A stretch of DNA of 62,761 nucleotides from an uncultured Candidatus Saccharibacteria bacterium. Its GTDB lineage: Bacteria; Patescibacteriota; Saccharimonadia; Saccharimonadales; UBA4665. The stretch spans positions 1 through 62,761 of the forward strand of contig CAZXCS010000001.1 of the NCBI GenBank assembly GCA_964639195.1. The letters run 5' to 3'. A program made the position numbers and the translations under genes. Below, piece after piece: positions 1 through 10,136 of this stretch (position 1 is the first letter of the stretch; the number at the start of each line of letters is the position of its first letter). The notes beneath the pieces were generated by a model. It worked only from the letters and a program-made list of their open reading frames with translations. It had not been told where the DNA came from and made no database searches.

Positions 1-1
1 A

Positions 2-436
2 CACAAGCGGGCCCAGGATAACTTTTTGAGCCTGATGCTGCTGCGCAAGACCTTGAGGGAATTCCTCGAGCTCATGACGCACGACATGCTGTACGACGCC
101 GATGGCAAAGCACTGCTGGACTTCCTCAAAACCCACCCCGACTTCGACGGCCAAGACCCTGGCAGCGTGCAAGACCTCGCGGATTATGCTAAAATATTAT
201 CATTACTCTATGAGGAACTTTATCAGGGCCTCGAGCTTAATGAACTTCACTACGAAGCGGCTCGATTGCAGGCACGACTGATAGAAGCATTTATCAAAAC
301 CGAGAAGCAAAAGCTGGCATTAGCACTGGAGGATTCGGGCGAAACCGTCACCCGTGAGCTATTGCAGAAGGTCAAACACTACGACAGCCTCTTAAACCAA
401 GTGAAAGGAAGCGCCAATGGCCAAAGCCAAAGATAG
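2..436 (+). CDS. 3' fragment of a gene entering from the left edge, possibly the DnaG primase C-terminal domain
   Basis: The frame is open from nt 2, with no stop before the listed Met at 26. The gene overlaps rpoD by 20 nt, in the position of dnaG in the conserved dnaG-rpoD arrangement. No primase motif falls within this fragment. Confidence 0.35.
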   Translation, partial: HKRAQDNFLSLMLLRKTLREFLELMTHDMLYDADGKALLDFLKTHPDFDGQDPGSVQDLADYAKILSLLYEELYQGLELNELHYEAARLQARLIEAFIKTEKQKLALALEDSGETVTRELLQKVKHYDSLLNQVKGSANGQSQR

Positions 437-1565
437 TAAGGACGGCAAAAAGCCGAAAAAGGTTGAAGAACGGCCCTCGCAAGGGGAGTTGAAAGACAAG
501 CTGATTGAACAGGCCAAAAAAGACGGCCACGTCGATCAGCGTGACATAATTGCCGCCATCCCCGAAACACCGGAAAATGCCGAACTCCTCGATGCCGTGT
601 ACACCGAACTGGCGGACTTGAACATCGAGATTACAACCACCGGACCGGATGTAGAAAACTTCACCGACGAGTGGGCCGAGGAGGAAGCCGAAGAAGAGGT
701 GGACACTACGGCGGCCGTCTATCTGGACGATGACGTTGCCGACGACTCGGTGCGGCTCTACTTGCGCGAGATCGGTAAAATACCCTTGTTAAATGCCGAA
801 GAGGAATTGGCGCTGGCTCAGCAGGTCGTGGCTGGCGACAAGGGTGCCAAAGACAAAATGGCCGAAGCCAATATGCGCCTGGTAGTATCGATTGCCAAAC
901 GCTATGTCGGCCGCGGGTTGGACCTGCTTGATCTTATCCAAGAAGGCAATACGGGCTTACTCCGAGCAGTTGAGAAATTCGACCCGGATAAGGGCTTCAA
1001 ATTCTCAACCTATGCCACCTGGTGGATCCGCCAAGCCATAACCCGGGCCATCGCCGACCAGGCCCGCACCATTCGCATCCCGGTGCACATGGTGGAAACG
1101 ATTAACAAATTGCTGCGCACCCAGCGCCGGCTGACGCAGGAGTTAAACCGCGAGCCGACCAACGAAGAGATTGCCAAAGCAATGGAGATCGACGTCGACA
1201 AAGTCGAGCATATCATGAAGATCAAGCAGGACATCAGCAGCCTTGATGCCTCGATCCGTGATGACGAGGAAGACTCTGTGCTGGCTGACTTTATCGAAGA
1301 CGAAGACACCGTCAGCCCCGAAGAATCAGCCACCGGCCAGCTGCTGAAAGAGCAGGTCAAAGACATGCTGGCGGCGCTTACTGAGCGTGAGCAGAAAATC
1401 CTGAAGCTGCGCTTTGGCCTCGAGGACGGCAAGAGCCACACGCTCGAGGAAGTCGGCCAGGAATTCAGTGTCACCCGCGAACGCATCAGGCAGATCGAAG
1501 CCAAAGCCTTGGCCAAACTTCGCAAGCACCGCGACGCCAAAAAACTCCACGACTACATTAAATAG
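417..1565 (+). CDS. rpoD: RNA polymerase primary sigma factor (sigma-70 family)
   Basis: Region 2 reads [28 protein letters not shown]. The region 4.2 HTH reads [23 protein letters not shown]. There is an acidic N-terminal region 1. Confidence 0.95.
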   Translation: MAKAKDSKDGKKPKKVEERPSQGELKDKLIEQAKKDGHVDQRDIIAAIPETPENAELLDAVYTELADLNIEITTTGPDVENFTDEWAEEEAEEEVDTTAAVYLDDDVADDSVRLYLREIGKIPLLNAEEELALAQQVVAGDKGAKDKMAEANMRLVVSIAKRYVGRGLDLLDLIQEGNTGLLRAVEKFDPDKGFKFSTYATWWIRQAITRAIADQARTIRIPVHMVETINKLLRTQRRLTQELNREPTNEEIAKAMEIDVDKVEHIMKIKQDISSLDASIRDDEEDSVLADFIEDEDTVSPEESATGQLLKEQVKDMLAALTEREQKILKLRFGLEDGKSHTLEEVGQEFSVTRERIRQIEAKALAKLRKHRDAKKLHDYIK

Positions 1566-1573
1566 CTCGTGGG

Positions 1574-2140
1574 CTAAAAGTTGATGCCCAGGTCGGCGAG
1601 GAGTTTGTCGAGATCTTGGAGTAGAACCTCGCGGCCATCGTCATTGTAGATATAGTAGTCGGCGTTGGCGATCGGGCCGCCCTTTTCCAGATTCTCGATC
1701 TCGGCGTAGTCACGTGAATCGACCTCGGCTTCGGTCAACGGACGGACTTTGCGCCCGGCCAAGCGCTGATGGCGGATGCCGCGCGGCGAGATCACTCCGA
1801 TGATAATGGCATTGTCTTCCAGCGCTTGCTTGAAAATCTTGTACTCCGTCCAACTGTACAGGCCGTCGACGACGACATAGGGCTTACCCTGTTCGAAAAA
1901 CTCCTCGATCTGTGTGATGATGCGCAGGGCGTAGGCGCCTTTACCTTCTTTGGCGCGGATGTCTTCGCGCACCAGCTTTTCGTTGGCTTCGTTGACCTCC
2001 ATGCCGCGCTTTTTAATCTCGTCGATGGTAATACCGCCGAAATAGACCGATGGCAGGCCTTTGTCTTTCAAGTGCTCAACACACACCGTCTTGCCGGCGC
2101 CGGGCATGCCGACGAACACAATTGCTTTCTTAGGCTGCAT
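1574..2140 (-). CDS. P-loop nucleotide kinase-like protein (UPF0200 / AAA-type, archaeal-like)
   Basis: Walker A motif GMPGAGKT lies near the N-terminus, and the size and layout resemble small nucleoside/dephospho-CoA-kinase-like proteins. I moved the start to ATG at 2140 (MQPKKAIVFVG). The longer listed ORF (to 2302) would overlap the kup start and shows no conserved features. Confidence 0.6.
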   Translation of the reverse strand: MQPKKAIVFVGMPGAGKTVCVEHLKDKGLPSVYFGGITIDEIKKRGMEVNEANEKLVREDIRAKEGKGAYALRIITQIEEFFEQGKPYVVVDGLYSWTEYKIFKQALEDNAIIIGVISPRGIRHQRLAGRKVRPLTEAEVDSRDYAEIENLEKGGPIANADYYIYNDDGREVLLQDLDKLLADLGINF

Positions 2141-2179
2141 GCCACCCATTGTACAAGATATTCCGATATAATACGGGCT

Positions 2180-4066
2180 ATGCGAGGGACAAATAAAGCT
2201 CGGCTGGCCTTGGTCGTCGGGGCGGTCGGCATCGTCTTCGGCGATATCGGTACCAGCCCGTTGTACGCCGTCAATGCCATCTTCGGGCCGGTCGGCCGGC
2301 ATGTGGCAATCACGCCGGCCAATATTTACGGCATCATTTCCCTCATCCTGTGGTCGGTGTTCATCGTGGTCTCGCTGAAATACGTGATGTTAATTATGCG
2401 CGCCGACAACCGGGGGGAGGGCGGCATCATGGCGCTGGTTTCCATCCTCAAAGGCTCACTCATGCAGCCGCGGACAAAATGGTTTTTCATCATGCTGGGG
2501 CTGGTCGGGATGGCGCTGTTTTATGGCGACAGTGCGATCACGCCGGCCATATCCGTCTTGTCGGCCGTCGAGGGCGTCAAGATCGTAACGCCTGACCTGG
2601 CGCACTATGTTGTACCGGCGACTATTGTGATCCTCATCGCATTGTTCTGGCTGCAGCAGTATGGCACGGGCGTCATCGGCAAATTGTTCGGGCCGGTGAT
2701 GGTGGTGTGGTTTCTGACCATCGGCTTGGGTGGGTTGCACCAGGTCTGGCTGCACCCGGATATGTTGGAGAGTTTGTCGCCGATCACTGCTGTCGGGTTT
2801 TTCGTTCGGCACTTCACTGTAGCATTTCTGGCGATGACGGCGGTAGTACTGGCCATTACCGGAGCCGAGGCACTGTACGCCGATATGGGTCACTTCGGGC
2901 GGCCGCCGATTGCCAGAGCCTGGTTCTTCCTGGTTTTTCCGGCACTCCTGCTGTGCTACATGGGGCAGGGTGCGTTGCTGCTGCACCACCCCGGGGCAAT
3001 CACCAGCCCGTTTTACTACCTTTTTCCCGAGCAGCTGCGGGTGTCGATGATCTTGCTGGCGACGGCCGCCACTTTAATAGCTTCACAAGCGGTGATTTCC
3101 GGCGCCTTTTCCGTCACACGGCAGGCGGTGCACTTGGATTTCCTGCCGCGGCTGCTGGTCAGGCACACTTCCAATCGTGAAGTCGGGCAGATCTACATGC
3201 CGTTTATCAATTTCTCACTGTTCGCCCTGGTCATCCTGCTGGTGTTGTTGTTTGGTTCATCGGCTAAGCTGGCCGGTGCCTATGGTGTAGCTGTCAGCGG
3301 TACGCTGGCGGTCGACAGCCTGCTGTTTCTGGCAATTTTGCGCAGTAAATGGCAAAAGCCCCGCCGGCTGGTGGCGCTCCTGGCCGTCGTCCTGCTGCCG
3401 TTTGATGCTGTGTTTGTTTCAGCTAATATGACAAAAATTGTCCACGGCGGCTGGATACCGCTGCTGGCCGCCTTGTGCGTCTTTGCGGTGGTTACGACCT
3501 GGCTGAAAGGTGACAAAATTGTTGTGCGCGAACGCCGGGCTATGGAAGGCACACTGGACGAGCTGGCCCGGCGGATTCATGCCGACAAATCGCTGCACCG
3601 TTTTCCGGACCAGGCGGTATACATCAGCCACCACCCGAACTATGCGCCACTCGTGTTGCGCGAAACGATTGAAGAACTGCATGAGCTGCCTGACAAAGTG
3701 CTCATTGTGTCGGTGCTTATCACCAATGAAGCGCACGTGCCCGAAGCCGAACGGGCCGAGTTCGACGCGTTGGGCTATGTGGACGGGGTCAGCCACTTGA
3801 AACTGCGCTACGGCTTCCATGACACTGTCGATATCCCCAAAACCTTGCGGGCAGTCCGCGGCCTAAGCCCTGAGCTGGAGCTGGATCTGTCTGAAACGTC
3901 GTATTACATTTCGCTGTACAAGGTCGTCCTCACCAAGCGCCGCAACCTGGCAAGATGGCGCAAACAGTTGTACGCCCTAATGTCGCGCAACTCACTAAGC
4001 CACGGCGATTATTACCACCTGCCGCTGGACAGGACGCTGGAAGTCAGCGCGCTGATCAAACTGTAG
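2180..4066 (+). CDS. kup: KUP/HAK/KT potassium uptake transporter
   Basis: The N-terminal signature is LALVVGAVGIVFGDIGTSPLYA, followed by about 12 hydrophobic segments and a cytosolic C-terminal domain. I set the start at ATG 2180. The listed ORF start at 1769 is an upstream extension overlapping the opposite-strand kinase gene. Confidence 0.9.
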   Translation: MRGTNKARLALVVGAVGIVFGDIGTSPLYAVNAIFGPVGRHVAITPANIYGIISLILWSVFIVVSLKYVMLIMRADNRGEGGIMALVSILKGSLMQPRTKWFFIMLGLVGMALFYGDSAITPAISVLSAVEGVKIVTPDLAHYVVPATIVILIALFWLQQYGTGVIGKLFGPVMVVWFLTIGLGGLHQVWLHPDMLESLSPITAVGFFVRHFTVAFLAMTAVVLAITGAEALYADMGHFGRPPIARAWFFLVFPALLLCYMGQGALLLHHPGAITSPFYYLFPEQLRVSMILLATAATLIASQAVISGAFSVTRQAVHLDFLPRLLVRHTSNREVGQIYMPFINFSLFALVILLVLLFGSSAKLAGAYGVAVSGTLAVDSLLFLAILRSKWQKPRRLVALLAVVLLPFDAVFVSANMTKIVHGGWIPLLAALCVFAVVTTWLKGDKIVVRERRAMEGTLDELARRIHADKSLHRFPDQAVYISHHPNYAPLVLRETIEELHELPDKVLIVSVLITNEAHVPEAERAEFDALGYVDGVSHLKLRYGFHDTVDIPKTLRAVRGLSPELELDLSETSYYISLYKVVLTKRRNLARWRKQLYALMSRNSLSHGDYYHLPLDRTLEVSALIKL

Positions 4067-4069
4067 CCT

Positions 4070-4594
4070 ATGAAAGACAGCAAAGCCCAACTTCGCCGCC
4101 AGCTGAAGCAAGCACGCCTGGGCTTGAGCGGGGAAGAGCGCCAGGCCAACAGCGCACTTATAAACCAGCGTTTGCTGGAACTTGTCGACTGGTCGGTCGT
4201 GAAGTTTTTACACTGCTTTGAGCCTCTCATGAGCTTGGGCGAGGTTGATGTCAGCAGCTTCATGACCGATCTCGGCCAAGCCCACCCGGCGATTGACATG
4301 TTCACCAGCCGGCAGCTCGATGATGTCTGGAACGTGGTGCCGGTTGATTCTGAAAAACCGGTGGGTACTCCGGCGTTTGATGTGATTATCGTGCCGATGC
4401 TCGGCTTTGACCTGCGCAATTTGCACCGCCTCGGCTATGGCGGCGGCTACTACGACAGATTCCTGGCCGTCCAGCCGCAGGCCCAAAAAATCGGTGTCTG
4501 CTTCGAACTGGGCAAGGTATCAAACTTGCCCTATGAAACTTATGACATATCGCTGGACACGGTCGTGACCGAAACAGCAATTTATAAGGGCTAG
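4070..4594 (+). CDS. 5-formyltetrahydrofolate cyclo-ligase
   Basis: The N-terminus KAQLRRQLKQAR..L and the C-terminal motif VIIVPMLGFD..LHRLGYGGGYYDRFL are typical of the 5-FCL family. Confidence 0.8.
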   Translation: MKDSKAQLRRQLKQARLGLSGEERQANSALINQRLLELVDWSVVKFLHCFEPLMSLGEVDVSSFMTDLGQAHPAIDMFTSRQLDDVWNVVPVDSEKPVGTPAFDVIIVPMLGFDLRNLHRLGYGGGYYDRFLAVQPQAQKIGVCFELGKVSNLPYETYDISLDTVVTETAIYKG

Positions 4595-4633
4595 CATTAC
4601 TACCGACTGACCCCTTAGCGTATACTTGAGCGT

Positions 4634-7291
4634 ATGAGCGAGAGCGTTAAGGCAGCTAAGAAGTTTGTCATTATTGATGGCAAGAGTGTGTTTTACCGCG
4701 GCTACTACGCCATGCCGAGCTTGAGCACCAAGGATGGCACGCCAACCGGCGGTGTGTTCGGCTTCGCCACCATGGCGCTGGAAGTGTTGAAGCGCCTTAA
4801 GCCGGACTACGTTGCGGTGGCGTGGGACAAACCAAAAACCAACATCCGCAAACGTCTGGAGCTGTACCCCGAGTACAAAGCCGGACGCAAGCCGGCGCCG
4901 GAGGACTTCAAATTCCAAATCCCTATCCTGCATGAGCTGCTTGATGCGTTCGGCTGGCCGCTATATGAAATGGATGATTACGAGGCCGACGATCTGATGG
5001 GCACCCTGGCGCTGCAGGCCAGCGAAAAGGGCATCGAGACCCTGCTGGTCACATCCGACTTGGATTTACTGCAGACGGTCGGCGAGCACGTGCACGTCTA
5101 TGCACTCAAAACCGGTTTGAGTAACATAGAATTGTATTCACCCAAAAGTTTTGAGGCCAAATACGGCATAAGCGTTGACCAATTCCTCGATCTCAAATCG
5201 ATCAAAGGCGATTCGTCTGATAATATCCCAGGCGTGCCAGGTATCGGCGAAAAGGGCGCCGTGGAGTTGCTCAAACAATTCAAAACTCTCGACGGCGTGT
5301 ATGACAATCTAGCCCTGATCAAAGAAACGACGCGTAAAAAACTGGAGGCCGGCAAGGACCTGGCCTACCTCAGTAAGCAGCTGGCCCGGATCTGGACCGA
5401 CGCGCCGCTAAAGCTCGATCTTAAGGCTGTTGACGGCAGTAATTGCCGGCCGGAGAAAGTGCTCGACCTGCTTCAGAAGCTGGAGTTCCGCACTCTGGCG
5501 CAACGCCTGCCGGAAGTCATGCAGGTGAAAATCGATGATCACCAATCGGCTAACGGCGGCGCGCCGCTCAGACCGGGCAAGAACACAGTGATAGACAGTG
5601 ATAAGAAAGCCGGGGAGCTGAAGCTCGGCAATTCCGAGTATTTGTTTGTCCATGGCCGTTCGGCCGGCAAGCATGGCCGCAACCCGGAAGTTTTGATCGT
5701 GAGCCCGGACGGCCGTAACACCTACACGCTGGATTTGCGCAAAGTCAGCCACCGGCTCGTCGCCGACAGCTTCAAGGCTGGCCCGCCGCTGGTCGGCTAT
5801 GACCTTAAGTCGACCTATAAAGTGCTGCTTGAACTCGGTGTCAAAGATTTGCCGGCAGTCGGCCACGATGTCAATGTCGGCGCCTTTCTGCTCGATAGCC
5901 TGCGGCGGGAGCAGACCTTGACCGAGCTGGCAGAGGCCGATATCAGCTACGAAGGCTCGTCGTTCGAGGACCTTGATGCCAACGAGGTGATCGCCCGGGC
6001 GCCGGAGATTATGTCGGTCATCAAAACCTTGTATCACCAGCAGGCCAAAGCTCTAAAGGCTATACCGAAACTGCCGTCGTTGACCACAGACATTGAGTGG
6101 CCGGTGATCCCGGTGCTGGCCCGGATGGAATACCAGGGGATCCAGCTGGACACGAAGTACCTCAAGAAATTCTCTGACGAAGTCGAAGACCTGATCTCCG
6201 ATTATGAGCAGAAGATTTACGGCCACGCTGACCAGGAATTCAACATCAGCTCACCCTCGCAGCTGGCCGACATCCTGTTCGTGAAGCTCAACCTGCCCAA
6301 AGTCGGTGTCAAGAAAGGCAAGACCGGCTACAGCACGGCGGCCACCGAGCTCGACAAGCTGCGCGGCTCACACCCGATCATCGACCTCATCACCCAGTAC
6401 CGTGAAGTCACCAAGCTCAAGAACACTTACATCGATACTTTGCCGACGCAGGTCGATGAAAACTCACGGCTGCACACTACTTACAGCCTGACTCAGGCCC
6501 AGTCCGGCCGGCTCAGCAGCCATGACCCGAACTTGCAAAACATCCCGACGCGTACCGACCTCGGCCGTCGGATCCGCACGTCGTTTGTGGCTGCCAAAGG
6601 CAAGAAGCTAGTCAGCGCCGATTACTCGCAGTTCGAGTTACGGCTGGCGGCGGTGCTGGCCAAAGACAAAGAACTGATCGGTATGTTCAACCGCGGTGCC
6701 GACATCCATACCACAACGGCCGCCCAGGTGTACGAGCGTGATCCGGACGACGTTACCAAACAGATGCGCCGCGCCGCCAAAGTCATCAATTTCGGCATCC
6801 TCTACGGCATGAGCCCGCATGGCTTGAGTGTCGCTACTGGCATGACTCGCGAACAGGCCGTGATGTTTATCGATCGCTACAAGAGCGTGCGCAAGCCGCT
6901 ATTCGACTACACCGACCGGGTGCGCGAGCAGGCCCAGAAGGATGGCTACGTGGCCACACTGTTCGGCAGACGGCGGCCGATGCCCGATATCCACTCGGCC
7001 AACTTCGTGGTGCGCCAGGCCGCCGAGCGGGCGGCCATCAACCTGCCGATCCAAGGCACCGAAGCCGACCTGATGAAGCTGGCGATGATTAAAATCGATG
7101 AACTGCTCACTTCTCAGCACAACGACTGTCACATGCTGCTGCAGATCCATGACTCCATCGTTGTCGAATGCCCGGACGATGTCGCCGAGCACATCGGTGA
7201 GCTGCTCAAAGACACCATGGAAAAAGTCTACGATCTGCCAGTTCGATTAGATGTAGATGTAACTATCGGTGATAATTGGGGCGAACTCTAA
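4634..7291 (+). CDS. polA: DNA polymerase I
   Basis: The 5' nuclease domain shows GGVFGF and SDNIPGVPGIGEKGA. Polymerase motif A is LVSADYSQFELRLAA, motif B is RRAAKVINFGILYGMS, and motif C is LLQIHDSIVVE. Confidence 0.95.
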   Translation: MSESVKAAKKFVIIDGKSVFYRGYYAMPSLSTKDGTPTGGVFGFATMALEVLKRLKPDYVAVAWDKPKTNIRKRLELYPEYKAGRKPAPEDFKFQIPILHELLDAFGWPLYEMDDYEADDLMGTLALQASEKGIETLLVTSDLDLLQTVGEHVHVYALKTGLSNIELYSPKSFEAKYGISVDQFLDLKSIKGDSSDNIPGVPGIGEKGAVELLKQFKTLDGVYDNLALIKETTRKKLEAGKDLAYLSKQLARIWTDAPLKLDLKAVDGSNCRPEKVLDLLQKLEFRTLAQRLPEVMQVKIDDHQSANGGAPLRPGKNTVIDSDKKAGELKLGNSEYLFVHGRSAGKHGRNPEVLIVSPDGRNTYTLDLRKVSHRLVADSFKAGPPLVGYDLKSTYKVLLELGVKDLPAVGHDVNVGAFLLDSLRREQTLTELAEADISYEGSSFEDLDANEVIARAPEIMSVIKTLYHQQAKALKAIPKLPSLTTDIEWPVIPVLARMEYQGIQLDTKYLKKFSDEVEDLISDYEQKIYGHADQEFNISSPSQLADILFVKLNLPKVGVKKGKTGYSTAATELDKLRGSHPIIDLITQYREVTKLKNTYIDTLPTQVDENSRLHTTYSLTQAQSGRLSSHDPNLQNIPTRTDLGRRIRTSFVAAKGKKLVSADYSQFELRLAAVLAKDKELIGMFNRGADIHTTTAAQVYERDPDDVTKQMRRAAKVINFGILYGMSPHGLSVATGMTREQAVMFIDRYKSVRKPLFDYTDRVREQAQKDGYVATLFGRRRPMPDIHSANFVVRQAAERAAINLPIQGTEADLMKLAMIKIDELLTSQHNDCHMLLQIHDSIVVECPDDVAEHIGELLKDTMEKVYDLPVRLDVDVTIGDNWGEL

Positions 7292-7797
7292 ACGTCAGGG
7301 TTGGCCGGAGGCTTGCGGCTACGTTGCCGGGGGCGCTGACGGCTGACGACGCGGCTGTTGCCGGCCCGCATAAGGCGGAAGGCCAGTGTAAGGATCCAGA
7401 TAGACATGACGAGTGCGCCGATACTTGCTACAAACCCCGGAATACTGTGGGTATGCAGGTTTAGTTTCAGGCTGAACAGGGCTAAGAGACCAATGAAGCC
7501 CTCAGCACAGATTAGAAGCCGGGATAAACGTCTACTCCGGCGATCTTGTGCCGCATAGCCGATGATCCAGATCGCCCCAAACACGACCGAGACCACGATG
7601 AAAAAGATAATGGCGGTGATGGTATTAACCACACAGTTGCCGTGGTCCTTGAGGCAGGATGCTGCGGTTGAGCCTATCTGGCTCACCAGTATAAACAGGC
7701 TGGCAATAATAAATTGGACAAGGGTCGCTACGCCCGTTTCGTATGTAAGTCTCATAACATCATTATATCTGAACTGTCTTAGCGAAAATGCTTGCAA
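7288..7797 (-). CDS. hypothetical integral membrane protein
   Basis: A 169-aa ORF with about 4 hydrophobic helices and a basic C-terminal tail. Its stop overlaps the polA stop by 4 nt. Confidence 0.5.
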   Translation of the reverse strand: MQAFSLRQFRYNDVMRLTYETGVATLVQFIIASLFILVSQIGSTAASCLKDHGNCVVNTITAIIFFIVVSVVFGAIWIIGYAAQDRRSRRLSRLLICAEGFIGLLALFSLKLNLHTHSIPGFVASIGALVMSIWILTLAFRLMRAGNSRVVSRQRPRQRSRKPPANPDV

Positions 7798-7849
7798 AAT
7801 GATTGGAATAATGGTAGTATATGTTTAATCTCTGCGAGAGAGGTGCATT

Positions 7850-8401
7850 ATGAGATATTTCATTGGTTTTTTAATCACCATCGGCCTGATCATCATGCTG
7901 ATAGTGCTCATTTTCAGCGGCGGCGGCAAGCCGAAGACGGCGATACCCAAGCCGTTGAGTAGCTACAGCAATACCGATGCCGAGGTCAGCATGACCATCG
8001 ACGGGCCCGTCAACGCTGACCAGAACCATCAGCAGGTACGAATCACCGTTGGTACCAGCAGCGTGACGTATGAGGAAGTCAGTGGCTACGACGGTAATGT
8101 CACGGAGCGCCAGACCTTCCACAACACCGAAGCCGCCTACGCGACATTCCTGCGTTCGCTGGCGATTGCCGGTTTCACCAAGGGCGACACGACGGCGTCA
8201 CTGCGTGATGAACGCGGCCACTGCCCGCTGGGTGACCGTTATATCTTTGAGCTAAACCAAGACGGCAACAGCCTGGAACGATATTGGACTGCCACCTGCG
8301 GCGGCCCTAAGACTTTCCTGGGCAACCAAGCCGTCACTTCGCAGCTATTCAAAGACCAAGTGCCCAAGTACAACAGCCTGTCCGACAACATCAACCTGTA
8401 G
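7850..8401 (+). CDS. hypothetical N-terminally membrane-anchored protein
   Basis: A GAGAGAGG Shine-Dalgarno lies upstream. The N-terminal TM is FIGFLITIGLIIMLIVLIF, followed by a soluble domain containing two Cys. Confidence 0.5.
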   Translation: MRYFIGFLITIGLIIMLIVLIFSGGGKPKTAIPKPLSSYSNTDAEVSMTIDGPVNADQNHQQVRITVGTSSVTYEEVSGYDGNVTERQTFHNTEAAYATFLRSLAIAGFTKGDTTASLRDERGHCPLGDRYIFELNQDGNSLERYWTATCGGPKTFLGNQAVTSQLFKDQVPKYNSLSDNINL

Positions 8402-8429
8402 CATCACTCACTCTAGTACAATACGTATT

Positions 8430-9008
8430 ATGATAAAGGCAATTATTCTTGATTGTTTCGGGGTACTAGTCGGCCGGGGTTTTGAAGAAACCTACCGGAC
8501 GGCCGGCGGCGACCCCGTGGCTGACCGCGATTTCATTGATGATATGCTGGCTCAGACCAACCGCGGCATGATCAGCGAGCAGGCTTTTTATGAGGCTATG
8601 GCCGATAAGCTGGGCATTACCCAGGACCAGTGGCAAGCGGCGATGCACCGTGTGGAGCAACCGAACGTCGGGTTGCTCGACTATGCCCGGCAGCTTCGCC
8701 AGACCTACAAGCTGGCGGTGCTGAGTAATGCCAATGAAGGTGTTATTGAGAGTAAAATCGGCAAGGACCGGGTGGTCGAGTGCTTTGATGAGATAGTGGT
8801 GTCGGCCGCGGTCGGCCTGGTTAAGCCGGACCCGGACATTTACCGTTACACGGCCGATAAGCTGGGGGTGGAACTCGAGGAGTGCGTCTTCATCGATGAC
8901 AGCGAATCGCACCTTGTGCCAGCCCGCGAGCTCGGCATGAAGACCATTCTGTATAAGGACTTTGTACAAACCCGCGGCGAACTGGAAAAAATACTTAGCC
9001 AATCCTGA
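8430..9008 (+). CDS. HAD-superfamily hydrolase (subfamily IA-like)
   Basis: Motif I reads IILDCFGVL, and motif IV-like sequence reads CVFIDDSESH. Size is typical of the family. Confidence 0.75.
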   Translation: MIKAIILDCFGVLVGRGFEETYRTAGGDPVADRDFIDDMLAQTNRGMISEQAFYEAMADKLGITQDQWQAAMHRVEQPNVGLLDYARQLRQTYKLAVLSNANEGVIESKIGKDRVVECFDEIVVSAAVGLVKPDPDIYRYTADKLGVELEECVFIDDSESHLVPARELGMKTILYKDFVQTRGELEKILSQS

Positions 9009-9231
9009 ATGTCAGGCGTTTGGTGAGCTGGCAACGGCGTTTGATGTCGGGTGAACGCAAGCGCAGACTGTTGGCCAGAGCCGCACTGGAGACTCCGATA
9101 ACGATGTCTCGCTCCCGCACCATGACCGAGACCTCGGACTTGAACTCATCCTGCACGTATTTTTTTATGGCTTGTACCTCCGGCGGTTCGTCGAAATCCT
9201 TGTGCCCCAGTATGCTGCCCAGACTATCCAT
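8995..9231 (-). CDS. small DUF721/DciA-like protein
   Basis: A 78-aa ORF whose pattern (VMVRERDIVIGVSSAALANSLRLRSPDIKRR) resembles DUF721. Recognition is weak. Confidence 0.4.
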   Translation of the reverse strand: MDSLGSILGHKDFDEPPEVQAIKKYVQDEFKSEVSVMVRERDIVIGVSSAALANSLRLRSPDIKRRCQLTKRLTFRIG

Positions 9232-9260
9232 GCCTCATAGTATACCTGTAAAATAAAGCC

Positions 9261-10136
9261 ATGCCGGAGTTGCCAGAAGTTGAAACCGTTCGCCGCGGCC
9301 TAGCGCGTTTGCTGCCTGGGCGCACCGTGCAAGAAGTTGATTTCGATTGGCCTAAATCGTTCCCTAACGCTAATGTCGATGTTAAGCAATTCTTAATAGG
9401 TGCTAACGTCACGACTGTCGGCCGGCGAGCCAAAGTACTGTTGCTGGAACTTTCCAGCCAATACTCGCTTGTAATACATATGAAAATGACCGGACAGTTG
9501 GTGTTCCGCGGCAACGAAGCACGGTTCGGTGCCGGACACCCCAGCGATTCATTGATCGGTAAGCTGCCGGACAAATCGACACGGGTAACATTAACGTTCA
9601 GCGATGGCAGCAAACTGTTTTTCAACGACCAGCGCAAATTCGGTTGGGTGCGGCTGCTGCCAACCGTGGAGGTCATGAACCTTGATTTCTTCCAGAAAGT
9701 CGGGCCGGAACCGCTCGGCGCCGACTTTAATTGGGAATTGCTGAAGCAGCGCCTGTTGCGACGCAAAAAAACTAACATCAAAGCCGCGCTGCTCGACCAG
9801 ACCGTCATTGCCGGCATTGGCAATATTTATGCTGATGAATCCCTGTGGGGCGCCCAAATCCATCCGCTCACGCTGGTCAATAAGCTGAGCGATGAGCAGT
9901 TCCACAAGCTGTACGAAGAGCTGGTGTTCGTACTTGAACTGGCGATAGAAAAGGGCGGCTCAACCGACAAAAATTACGTCAATGCCGAGGGCCGGCGCGG
10001 CAGCTACCTGAGTTTTGCCCGGGCATTCCGTCGCGAGGGACAACCTTGCCCACGCTGCGGTCACATGATTCAAAAAATTCGTGTCGCCGGCCGCGGTACG
10101 CATATCTGCCCGCGCGACCAGCAGCTCAGAGCGTAA
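9261..10136 (+). CDS. mutM: formamidopyrimidine-DNA glycosylase
   Basis: The N-terminus MPELPEVETVRRGL carries the catalytic Pro2/Glu3. The H2TH region and a C-terminal zinc finger (CPRCG..ICPRDQ) are present. Confidence 0.93.
   Translation: MPELPEVETVRRGLARLLPGRTVQEVDFDWPKSFPNANVDVKQFLIGANVTTVGRRAKVLLLELSSQYSLVIHMKMTGQLVFRGNEARFGAGHPSDSLIGKLPDKSTRVTLTFSDGSKLFFNDQRKFGWVRLLPTVEVMNLDFFQKVGPEPLGADFNWELLKQRLLRRKKTNIKAALLDQTVIAGIGNIYADESLWGAQIHPLTLVNKLSDEQFHKLYEELVFVLELAIEKGGSTDKNYVNAEGRRGSYLSFARAFRREGQPCPRCGHMIQKIRVAGRGTHICPRDQQLRA

Noticed and set aside
1769-2179. N-terminal 137-aa extension of the listed kup ORF (start 1769).
   Set aside because: It overlaps the opposite-strand P-loop kinase gene and has no Kup-like sequence. 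The conserved Kup N-terminus (GDIGTSPLY) follows the ATG at 2180, which has a TATAAT 7 nt upstream.
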